DNA of 64,000 nucleotides, taken from a virus (lineage: Duplodnaviria > Caudoviricetes). The translations under genes and the position numbers were made by a program. The stretch covers positions 1 through 64,000 of IMG/VR virus record IMGVR_UViG_2974597873_000001, one strand, 5' to 3'. Shown in pieces: positions 8,677 through 16,035 of the stretch. The notes beneath the pieces were generated by a model, which did not search any database, was not told the DNA's origin, and was given only the letters and a program-made list of their open reading frames with translations. Every line of letters starts with the position of its first letter. The first letter of the stretch is position 1.

Positions 8677-8729
8677 CCGGTTTTTCTCGCTCCGGGGCTT
8701 GACACTCCGGGGCGGGGATGATTGACTAG
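8673..8729 (+). other. UU/UG hairpin copy 7 with overlapping TTGACA-17-TTGACT
   Basis: CTAGCCGGT-TT-14 bp stem (loop CTTGACA)-TG-ATTGACTAG. Confidence 0.7.
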
Positions 8730-8775
8730 GTCTTGTCAGTCAGACAACGCAACACCAACCCAGAAGGAACACATC

Positions 8776-9081
8776 ATGGACAAGCTGACCATTGCTCGCC
8801 GCGTCGCCACCAACCCGAACATGCGCGCGCTCACGGCCAAGCGTGACCGGATGTTCAACCGGATGCGCGCGGACTATGGTAAGGACTTCATGGGCCTGGA
8901 CTACGCCAACCTGCCCGTGGATGAGGCGGGACGCGATGAGGCGTACGTCACGGAGATGAACACCGCTAAGGAGGGTGTCAACCGCTGGACGCGCCCGGAG
9001 CGTACGGAGTACATGCGCCTTGAGCGTCAGATCAAGACCTACCGGGACATGCTCACCGCGCACTACGCCAACAACGTCTGA
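8776..9081 (+). CDS. hypothetical protein
   Basis: ATG after GAAGGA; strong codon bias. Confidence 0.75.
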   Translation: MDKLTIARRVATNPNMRALTAKRDRMFNRMRADYGKDFMGLDYANLPVDEAGRDEAYVTEMNTAKEGVNRWTRPERTEYMRLERQIKTYRDMLTAHYANNV

Positions 9082-9126
9082 CACCCCCTTCAAGCCCCGT
9101 ACAACCCACACAGAGAAGAGACACAC

Positions 9127-9336
9127 ATGTTCAACGTCACCACTCCGGCCATGAACTCCCCCTTCACCCTGGTTCGCCCGGATCACTACGTCGTGACCAT
9201 GGGAGAGGGTCAGAAGGAGCGAGTCACGTTCGGTCGCTTCCTGCCCCTCTCCAAGCGTGCGGCGGGTCAGTACGCCCGTCAGTACGGCGGACGCGTGATC
9301 AAGCGGACCACGGCTCAGCGCGGTAACCTCATCTAG
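9127..9336 (+). CDS. hypothetical protein
   Basis: 69 aa ORF. Confidence 0.65.
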   Translation: MFNVTTPAMNSPFTLVRPDHYVVTMGEGQKERVTFGRFLPLSKRAAGQYARQYGGRVIKRTTAQRGNLI

Positions 9337-9388
9337 TCTCTTGTGTGGGGAGTCTGCCTAGTGTAGGCTCCCCGTACTGGACACTAGA
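9332..9388 (+). other. UU/UG hairpin copy 8
   Basis: TCTAGTCTC-TT-15 bp stem-TG-GACACTAGA. Confidence 0.7.
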
Positions 9389-9403
9389 AAGGCAGGGAAG
9401 GGC

Positions 9404-9595
9404 ATGACGTATTACGTCGAAATCCGGGACACTGCGGGTAAACTCGTGATGTTCCACAACCTTTCGGAGCAAGCGCGTACCTCTATCGTGGAAGCGATGA
9501 AGAGCGGTACGGTGGCTGTGTTCCGGGACGCACATGAGGGTCTGCACATGGTGAACATGGCACACGTCGTGCGCACTGTGGTGGATGTTGCCTAG
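9404..9595 (+). CDS. hypothetical protein
   Basis: 63 aa ORF with RBS. Confidence 0.65.
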   Translation: MTYYVEIRDTAGKLVMFHNLSEQARTSIVEAMKSGTVAVFRDAHEGLHMVNMAHVVRTVVDVA

Positions 9596-9650
9596 TTCGC
9601 TTTTCTCCTCTCCTAGGGCTTGACTCTAGGGGAGGGGGATGGTTGACTAG
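9592..9650 (+). other. UU/UG hairpin copy 9 with overlapping TTGACT-17-TTGACT
   Basis: CTAGTTCGC-TT-16 bp stem (loop CTTGA)-TG-GTTGACTAG. Confidence 0.7.
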
Positions 9651-9679
9651 TCCTAGTCACCAGGAAGGAAGTACAGAAA

Positions 9680-10294
9680 ATGCACGCTCCCGCTTACAAG
9701 AACTTCTCGGAGTTTCCGCAGACGATCGCGGGTTTCACCGCATGGCAGCAGCAGTGCGCGGAATGGGCGGAGTACCGTCAGTGGGTCGCTAAGCGTCGGT
9801 TCCACGCCCGTCCGGAGGAGAAGGGTATCCCCGTCGCCCACACGGGTAAGACGCTCCGCCGTAAGAGCGTCAACGGGCACGGTGTCTCCGCCGGATCGCG
9901 TGTGCTCTCCCACTGGTACCGTGACGAAACGTGGGAGAGCAAGGGACAGACCCGACGCGCGGTGCGACGGATCGAAACCCGTATGTGGGTCGGTGAGTGG
10001 ACGGAGGAACTGACGCACGACACGGACGGTTCCGACGCACGGGAGTGGTTCGCCACCCAGTCCACCACGGAGCGGCTGGACCGGAATTACTGGTACGAGG
10101 GTGAGACCCTGGCCGACCGTTTCGAGCGTATCGATTACGAGGGTAACGCCGACATGTTCCCGCCCGTGTACACGGTGGGCGTGACGGAACTGGATGAATC
10201 CTACTGGGATCAGGAGGATGACTACGGTTACTCTTACGGGTGTGACCGGTACTGCGAAATCTGCTACCCGGACATGCGCGGGTGGACGTACTAG
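9680..10294 (+). CDS. hypothetical protein with basic N-half and acidic/Cys C-tail
   Basis: 204 aa, AAGGA RBS. Confidence 0.75.
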   Translation: MHAPAYKNFSEFPQTIAGFTAWQQQCAEWAEYRQWVAKRRFHARPEEKGIPVAHTGKTLRRKSVNGHGVSAGSRVLSHWYRDETWESKGQTRRAVRRIETRMWVGEWTEELTHDTDGSDAREWFATQSTTERLDRNYWYEGETLADRFERIDYEGNADMFPPVYTVGVTELDESYWDQEDDYGYSYGCDRYCEICYPDMRGWTY

Positions 10295-10298
10295 TCAG

Positions 10299-10355
10299 TC
10301 TGTGAGCTTGCATCGTTGCCCTACTGTGTGTAGGGTGGCGGTGCTGGACCACAGA
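10299..10355 (+). other. UU/UG hairpin copy 10
   Basis: TCTGTGAGC-TT-15 bp stem-TG-GACCACAGA. Confidence 0.7.
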
Positions 10356-10364
10356 AAGGCGGAA

Positions 10365-10466
10365 ATGCTCGACATTATCGCGGTTCTAGCACTTGCAGGA
10401 TCGCTAGGTTTCAGCTACATTCTCCTTACGGCAAAAGCCAAACAGCGCAAGACAGACGAAAGGTAA
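10365..10466 (+). CDS. small membrane peptide (33 aa)
   Basis: AGGCGGA RBS, MLDIIAVLALAGSLGFSYILL. Confidence 0.5.
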   Translation: MLDIIAVLALAGSLGFSYILLTAKAKQRKTDER

Positions 10467-10470
10467 TCCA

Positions 10471-11202
10471 ATGGCCACGCGTAACCGTGTCGCTCAGTCC
10501 AACAAGATCACGGAGAGTGCCGTTCTGACCGTGATGGCGGGTTTCCCGGGTGACATGCTCACCCCCGTGGAAATCGCGGGAGAAATCGACGGAGCAACGG
10601 ACAAGGAGGTTTTCGACCTTCTGAACACCATGGAGGATGCCGGTAAGGTCACGGGGGAGGGTCGGGGACTCACCTCTAAGTGGTCCATCGGGGGAGCCCC
10701 TGAGAACCCCGTACAGGCGCCTGCCAAGCCCAAGAGGACCCGCCGCACTAAGGCGGAGATGGAAGCGGCCCGTAAGGAAGCTGCGGAGCGCACCGCGTAC
10801 AACGCGCGGGTGGCTGAAACTCAGGACATGGACATGAGCCAGAGTGCGGAAAGCGCGCTGGACGTCATGGCCAAGGGTGAGGCTCCGTCCGACACCGTGA
10901 CAACGCTCCCCAGTGCCGCATCCCTTCTGGGAGAGGGTCAGTCCCTCACCATTCCCACCCCGCCGGTTGCGGAGCCGGTCAAGCCCCGTACGGTCCGGCT
11001 CGAAATCCATGAGCCGAAGAACGGGGAGTGCCCCGGTAACGACATCCCGGAGTGCCCGGAATGGTGCCCCGTGAACGTGTGGGAACTTGCCCACGACGCG
11101 AACACGGAGAGCGCGCGGAACTACTGGGGTAAGCGGGTCGCGCAGTATCAGGCGGACGCACAGCCGAACTACGATGAGAACGAGGATAAGCCCCCGTTCT
11201 AG
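10471..11202 (+). CDS. protein with N-terminal winged-helix (Z-alpha-like) domain and PKRTRRTKAE motif
   Basis: LTPVEIAGEIDG...EVFDLLNTMEDAGKV...SKWSI pattern typical of wHTH. Confidence 0.55.
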   Translation: MATRNRVAQSNKITESAVLTVMAGFPGDMLTPVEIAGEIDGATDKEVFDLLNTMEDAGKVTGEGRGLTSKWSIGGAPENPVQAPAKPKRTRRTKAEMEAARKEAAERTAYNARVAETQDMDMSQSAESALDVMAKGEAPSDTVTTLPSAASLLGEGQSLTIPTPPVAEPVKPRTVRLEIHEPKNGECPGNDIPECPEWCPVNVWELAHDANTESARNYWGKRVAQYQADAQPNYDENEDKPPF

Positions 11203-11264
11203 TCTCTGATGTGATTTAGTCTCTCCCCGGGGAAACTCGGGGAAAGGCTATGTCCTATCAGGGC
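11202..11264 (+). other. UU/UG hairpin copy 11 (GAAA tetraloop)
   Basis: CTGATGTGA-TT-15 bp stem-TG-TCCTATCAG. Confidence 0.7.
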
Positions 11265-11289
11265 AACACCAAAACAGAAAGCGGAGACA

Positions 11290-11688
11290 ATGAATCTCAC
11301 CATCGGCGGAAAGATTCACCACCCCCCGTTCAACCGTCACGACGTCTTTCTCTGCGGAGACATTCGCGGGTACAAGGGTCACACTGGCACCCCCAAGCCC
11401 TACCCGGTTTCTCGGGAGGTGAATTGCCTCAACTGCCTTGACATCCTCAAGAGTCTTACCACCCGCCAAATGGGCGACAGTGGTATCACGTTCCGCGTGT
11501 CCGTCGCGGTGACGCGTGAGGGAGTCACCAACAAGCTTCCGTCGTTCTACTTCTCTTCCCTCTCCACCCCGGACATTCTGACTGTGGAGGATGCGGTTAC
11601 CGCAGCACGTACCATGCTCCACGCGGAAGAGCTGGAAATGATGTACGACGTGGTTTACGACGTTCGGGCATTCAAGCTCAACAAGTAG
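11290..11688 (+). CDS. hypothetical protein with putative Zn-binding N-terminus
   Basis: H..C..CxxC motif; GGAG RBS. Confidence 0.7.
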   Translation: MNLTIGGKIHHPPFNRHDVFLCGDIRGYKGHTGTPKPYPVSREVNCLNCLDILKSLTTRQMGDSGITFRVSVAVTREGVTNKLPSFYFSSLSTPDILTVEDAVTAARTMLHAEELEMMYDVVYDVRAFKLNK

Positions 11689-11766
11689 GCCATAACTGAA
11701 TTGCCCCTAGCTTGTCCTCACGGATGGGTTAGGGGCTTTTCGGGTGCCAGCATCTAATAGAAAGGC

Positions 11767-11955
11767 ATGGCTATGTCCTACTCGAAATGCTCCCGTTGTG
11801 GTCACCTCATGACGTCGGGACAAAGAATCGTGGCGGATCCTTGTTGCGGTGCGGACGACTGTGACGCCCCCAATGCGGTAAGCCACTACAAGTGTCTGCC
11901 GTACGGCCTACAGGCAATCGAAGATGCGGACGACGAGCGTTTCTACGTCCCGTAA
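11767..11955 (+). CDS. small zinc-finger-like protein
   Basis: CSRC...HYKC. Confidence 0.6.
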   Translation: MAMSYSKCSRCGHLMTSGQRIVADPCCGADDCDAPNAVSHYKCLPYGLQAIEDADDERFYVP

Positions 11956-11963
11956 GGAGAATC

Positions 11964-12128
11964 ATGCTCCACATCTACGCTTACGCCTCACACCCGCACT
12001 GGGGAGAGGGGCGGGTTATCTCTCACCCCGTGTGGTCGGTTCTCGTGGGCGGGGAAGTGGTTAACTTCCTCCCCGATAAGAAAGAGTTCGCCATTCTCGT
12101 CCCGATGGACGAACTGACACAGCACTAA
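11964..12128 (+). CDS. hypothetical protein (54 aa)
   Basis: AAGGAG RBS. Confidence 0.6.
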   Translation: MLHIYAYASHPHWGEGRVISHPVWSVLVGGEVVNFLPDKKEFAILVPMDELTQH

Positions 12129-12174
12129 AAGAAAGCCCCTACTGATTCCTTTGGGAGTTGGTAGGGGCTTTCTT
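12129..12174. terminator. bidirectional intrinsic terminator ending the early region
   Basis: AAGAAAGCCCCTACTGATTCC...GGAGTTGGTAGGGGCTTTCTT between convergent genes. Confidence 0.8.
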
Positions 12175-12178
12175 GCGT

Positions 12179-12337
12179 TTACATTCTTCTTCCATCCTCC
12201 GCACCCGCGTGCATGTGGATAGCTCTTAGTTGTCTTTCTGCCATTGCCTTAGTCTGTGGCTTTTTGCTGTACGTCTTTCCGGTCTCTTTATTGCGGACCT
12301 TATAACCTGACCCGCTTTTGCTTACTGAGTACGGCAT
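12179..12337 (-). CDS. small basic protein (52 aa; not in the ORF track)
   Basis: GGAG RBS; MPYSVSKSGSGYKVRNKETGKTYSKKPQTKAMAERQLRAIHMH. Confidence 0.7.
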   Translation of the reverse strand: MPYSVSKSGSGYKVRNKETGKTYSKKPQTKAMAERQLRAIHMHAGAEDGRRM

Positions 12338-12792
12338 TTCTATTTCTCCAAATCCTTAGTTAGGCGAACTAACCTTTACCGGCTAAACCGGAATCAGTCT
12401 CTCCGCTCTTGTCGGCACAGCCGTGCCTAGGTCAATGGTCCCATGGGTGGCTAGGGGTAGTGGTGGACGTACCCCCGTAAGGACCCTGTACGCCCCTCTA
12501 AGAGCCTTTCAGCTCACGAGTGGGACCATGTGCCACCCTTCACCTAGAGAGGGCAGAGACAGGCACAGAGCCGATGTTTGTACCGCGCTTTGTAGCATTC
12601 GCCGGCTCGGACCTAGGGGGTCTTGGACATGGGAGGTAGCGCGTACCGCAGACATGCCCCTAGACGCTCCTGTGAGCCTCACTGAGGGACCTACAGGGGT
12701 CAGGTGAGACCTAGTGCCACCCTGTCTATAGGGGGCTCACAGAACCCCGTACAGCCAATGTTTGTACCAAGCATTGTATTTCAGGAGACAGC

Positions 12793-12828
12793 AAAAGACC
12801 CCCATACCTCATGAGAGGTACAGGGGTC
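12793..12828 (-). terminator. intrinsic terminator of the ArdA operon
   Basis: GACCCCTGTACCTC...GAGGTATGGGGGTC-TTTT on the minus strand. Confidence 0.7.
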
Positions 12829-12841
12829 AAGATCTATGCGG

Positions 12842-13075
12842 TTACGCCGTTGCGGACTCATACTCTCCGAAGTAGCGGACATGGTAGGCAGGCTCACTCA
12901 GAGAGTAGAACTTGCGTCCCCCGGAGTTGTCCTCTCCGAGGAAAGACCACTCCCCCATGTGTCGGTCAAACTCCGCGTCGGTCACGGCGCGAACGTCACC
13001 GCCCGGCATCTCCACAACGAAACCGTTGCACACACGGGCAGGCTCGACAACGTCACGCATGATACGAGAAAACAT
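12842..13075 (-). CDS. hypothetical protein
   Basis: 77 aa, GAAAGGA RBS. Confidence 0.6.
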   Translation of the reverse strand: MFSRIMRDVVEPARVCNGFVVEMPGGDVRAVTDAEFDRHMGEWSFLGEDNSGGRKFYSLSEPAYHVRYFGEYESATA

Positions 13076-13123
13076 TTACTGTGTTCCTTTCGAGAACAGA
13101 TATATAACAACAAACTAGAGTGT

Positions 13124-13179
13124 CTAGTCTGCCATAACCGCCCCCACCCTTTCGAGTGGGAGCGATTAAAGCGGCCTAG
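13124..13179 (-). other. UU/UG hairpin copy 12
   Basis: minus strand CTAGGCCGC-TT-15 bp stem (GAAA loop)-TG-GCAGACTAG. Confidence 0.7.
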
Positions 13180-13841
13180 CCGTGACGGTAGAACACGTGG
13201 TAATCGAGACCGAACAACACGTAATCGTCGTCCGTGCTCATGTTATCCGCCGTACCGGACCAGTCAATGTCAATCCAGTCCGGAAAGTCGGGGGAAATGG
13301 CCCCCATGTCTTCCGCCAGATTCTTAACGTACTCTTCCGGCGACTCCCACTGTCCCCGGTAGTTGTCCTGGAACCACTCGTCAGACAGGTGACCCGTGTC
13401 CCAGCCGTATTCCGACACAGCAGCGGCGTACGCGTCCGGAGTGTGGGAAGCGTATTCCCCATCCACCATGAGGCGGACGAAATTCGCCAGTTCCTCACCC
13501 GTCGGGCACTGGTTCGGGGTGTACAGTTCCGCGTCCGGGCCGAAATCGGTTTCCCACAGAAGGGAAACAATGCTGTGGTTGTTCCCCTTGGGGTTGAGGG
13601 AAGAAATGATCCTCTCCTCAAATTCGTCCGCGTCCGTGTCCTCATCCACGTGGATGGTGTAAAGACTGGGCATCTCAACAGAGACCAGCGTCGGCACCGT
13701 GACAGTCGGGAGGGTCTGACCCCTCATGTTGAGCCACGTACGCTTGATCCAGTTGACCGGAACGGAAATCTCCCGCTCTTCCTCCACCAGCTCGGAGTAG
13801 GTCAGACCCGTGTCAAGCGTAATGGTGAGCTGCATTTTCAT
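13176..13841 (-). CDS. ardA: ArdA-like antirestriction (DNA mimic) protein
   Basis: highly acidic; YRGQWESPEEYVKNLAEDMG...WIDIDWSGTADNM matches the ArdA C-terminal pattern. Confidence 0.8.
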   Translation of the reverse strand: MKMQLTITLDTGLTYSELVEEEREISVPVNWIKRTWLNMRGQTLPTVTVPTLVSVEMPSLYTIHVDEDTDADEFEERIISSLNPKGNNHSIVSLLWETDFGPDAELYTPNQCPTGEELANFVRLMVDGEYASHTPDAYAAAVSEYGWDTGHLSDEWFQDNYRGQWESPEEYVKNLAEDMGAISPDFPDWIDIDWSGTADNMSTDDDYVLFGLDYHVFYRHG

Positions 13842-13916
13842 GCCTTTCGGTTGCACTTCCTAACGGCTAGGAAGTTGATACCGAACCTAGTCGAAACTAG
13901 GCTCGATGTCAACCCA

Positions 13917-14237
13917 CTAGGCGAGCGTGCCCGTGTTGTACATGGTCAGAAACCCGATGAGCACAGAGTGAACGGTCTGTGCATCCGAGTTGTTGAACGT
14001 GGTCACGTGCTCACCATCGTGCCCCTTAACGGCCATGTCGTCAACCATCGAGTGCCAGTCGGCACGCTCGATGAGGTCCCGGATTTCCCGGGGCACTTCC
14101 GACTCAACACGGGACGTCGGGTCGTTCTTGAAAACCCGCGTCTCATACTCGTTACGGTAGTTCACCACCGTGGAAATGTGGTAGCGACCGTGGTAGGTGA
14201 CACGGACGGGCACGGGAGCGGTAGGAATCTCGAACAT
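13917..14237 (-). CDS. hypothetical protein
   Basis: 106 aa, GAGGGA RBS; ISTV...YETRVF motif. Confidence 0.7.
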   Translation of the reverse strand: MFEIPTAPVPVRVTYHGRYHISTVVNYRNEYETRVFKNDPTSRVESEVPREIRDLIERADWHSMVDDMAVKGHDGEHVTTFNNSDAQTVHSVLIGFLTMYNTGTLA

Positions 14238-14261
14238 GGTTCCCTCTCTTGCTTCCTGACT

Positions 14262-14313
14262 TAGGAAGCTAACACCACCCTAGTCCCTAGACTAGGATGA
14301 TGCAAGCTCACTA
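14262..14313 (-). other. hairpin family variant, copy 13 (TT/TA)
   Basis: minus strand TAGTGAGC-TT-14 bp stem-TA-GCTTCCTA. Confidence 0.55.
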
Positions 14314-14314
14314 C

Positions 14315-14917
14315 TCAGACGTACTGATGATACGTAGCGTGCTGCGCGTCATCGTACTCCATCCACGAAACAGCCTCATCCCCGGACTGTTCCTCAAACG
14401 CCCACTTGTCTCCCGTGTGCCACATGTCCTCACGCCCCTTGGGGGTCAGGTACAGCGTGCTGTCAAGGAGCGTACACCCTTCCGGAACCAGTTCCGACAC
14501 ACGCGGTGCGGTGTGCTTCCAGTTGCTGTAGGCGTACAGGTAGTCGGTTTCCCCATCCTCCCGTGCGATGATGGCACAGCCGTACCATACACCCGGGGTG
14601 ACGTTGTCCCACTCGTCAGACGACGTGTGAACGATCGGGTTACTCACGTTGTGTTCCTTTCCCTTGGGTGTCTCCACCTTAGCGGTTCCGGTGAGGGTGT
14701 CAACCCCAGTCCCCCGGTAGATGTATCCCGCGTAAATCGGACGGGAGTCACATACTCTGCCGTACGTGTCGTTGTGCGGCGGGAACTTGTTGTTAACCAT
14801 GGGGACGATACCACGGCTGCACATGGGGCAACGGTGCTGCCCTTCCTGCAACGGCTTAAGGGGTTCACGTGCGGGACCCTGGAAAGCCTTAGCGCGCTTG
14901 CGCTGCGTTGTTGTCAT
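14315..14917 (-). CDS. hypothetical protein, probably leaderless (an internal RBS suggests a possible second start)
   Basis: 200 aa; promoter -10 lies 7 nt before the ATG. Confidence 0.6.
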   Translation of the reverse strand: MTTTQRKRAKAFQGPAREPLKPLQEGQHRCPMCSRGIVPMVNNKFPPHNDTYGRVCDSRPIYAGYIYRGTGVDTLTGTAKVETPKGKEHNVSNPIVHTSSDEWDNVTPGVWYGCAIIAREDGETDYLYAYSNWKHTAPRVSELVPEGCTLLDSTLYLTPKGREDMWHTGDKWAFEEQSGDEAVSWMEYDDAQHATYHQYV

Positions 14918-14924
14918 GGGGAGG

Positions 14925-14985
14925 ACAGTACTAGGAAACTGGGGAGTGTCAAGCCCTTGACTTACTGCCCGCTAGGGCATAAGTT
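14925..14985. promoter_or_regulatory. back-to-back divergent promoters
   Basis: minus TTGACA-16-TACTGT (14952-14925); plus TTGACT-17-TAAGTT (14957-14985). Confidence 0.7.
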
Positions 14986-15273
14986 GGTCTCAACACCAGG
15001 GGCGACGCCCGTCCCCAGCACAACGGGCAGTGAGGGTCGGTACCAGGGGACCCCGTAAACTACTTAGTTAGGCTAACAAAAGGAGTCTTGACATAGCCGC
15101 ACGGCTGTGATTGACTGTTCTCATCACCGGGGCCCGCCGGAACACTTCGGAGCCAACCTAGATTCGTACCAGGGGTGCCCAAAAACTAGTTAGGTGCCCT
15201 AACGAACCGTTTGCGCAAATTTGCGCTAATCCTTAGGCAAACTAATTTCTTTGCCGAAGCATTCACGAAAGGG

Positions 15274-15528
15274 ATGATCATGAGAGATGTCGTCAGGGAC
15301 GCTGCGGTGGTCGCGATGGCACGAGATCACTACCACGCCCACACCCCGCTGGATGCCTTCCTGGATCTGTACGAGGATCGGGAGTCCAAGAATCCGGATT
15401 ACGTCAAGGATCTCCTATTCAAGCTGGATCTGATCAACGAGACATATGACGACAGCGAATACTGGGATGGCGGACAGTACATGTTCAATTCCCGGTACGT
15501 ATGGGTGTGGAACGAAGACAAGTTCTAA
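15274..15528 (+). CDS. hypothetical protein
   Basis: ATG after GAAAGGG; followed by a terminator. Confidence 0.65.
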   Translation: MIMRDVVRDAAVVAMARDHYHAHTPLDAFLDLYEDRESKNPDYVKDLLFKLDLINETYDDSEYWDGGQYMFNSRYVWVWNEDKF

Positions 15529-15533
15529 ACACA

Positions 15534-15572
15534 GAAATACCCCCGATTTCCTTTTGGATGTCGGGGGTATTT
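15534..15572. terminator. terminator between convergent units
   Basis: GAAATACCCCCGA...TCGGGGGTATTTC. Confidence 0.75.
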
Positions 15573-15624
15573 CCGTTTGTAGTTGTGATCGAATTAGGCG
15601 GAGAAATCCGATCTGGTTTTGAAG

Positions 15625-15840
15625 CTAATTACGGTATTCGAATGTGATCCAATCTCCACGGAATTTCAGACGAAGCTTGTGCTTGAATTTCGCGTCAGCC
15701 CATTTCTGCAATGCTGTCACTACGGAGCTGTCTGATGAGAACTTGCGCATCTCTGTAGCCATAAGGCGCACAGCATGGGCAACGTCGCTCACGTCCAGAG
15801 AGCGCGTCTGGTTACCGTCTGAGATCTCAAGGCTTGGCAT
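15625..15840 (-). CDS. hypothetical protein
   Basis: 71 aa, coupled to the upstream gene. Confidence 0.6.
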   Translation of the reverse strand: MPSLEISDGNQTRSLDVSDVAHAVRLMATEMRKFSSDSSVVTALQKWADAKFKHKLRLKFRGDWITFEYRN

Positions 15841-15841
15841 T

Positions 15842-16024
15842 TCACTCCACTAGAATAGATCCTTCTCCCCAACAGGTCATGCAATCAGCATCAAGCTTTC
15901 GGTCCAAGCCTGTGCCAAAACACGCATTGCACGTCGTTGCGAACTCTTCAAGATAGTACTCGTACTCAGCGTCTGCGTCAAGCACGTTGTTCACGACGTC
16001 GGTATGATGGCGGTAGTTACTCAT
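15842..16024 (-). CDS. small CxxCxGxG zinc-finger protein
   Basis: CNACFGTG...CMTCWGEG. Confidence 0.65.
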   Translation of the reverse strand: MSNYRHHTDVVNNVLDADAEYEYYLEEFATTCNACFGTGLDRKLDADCMTCWGEGSILVE

Positions 16025-16035
16025 GTTCTAGTGGA

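Noticed and set aside
4252-11264. Hairpins read as a CRISPR array or classical integron attC sites
   Set aside because: There are no identical direct repeats, the spacers are whole genes, and there are no RYYYAAC/GTTRRRY cores or integrase in the window. A cassette role is kept only as an alternative hypothesis.
12423-12707. 94-aa plus-strand ORF in the repeat island
   Set aside because: No RBS or codon bias; the region looks non-coding.
12842-15528. Shared IMRDVV peptide in ORFs 12842 and 15274
   Set aside because: Similarity does not extend beyond six residues and is likely chance.
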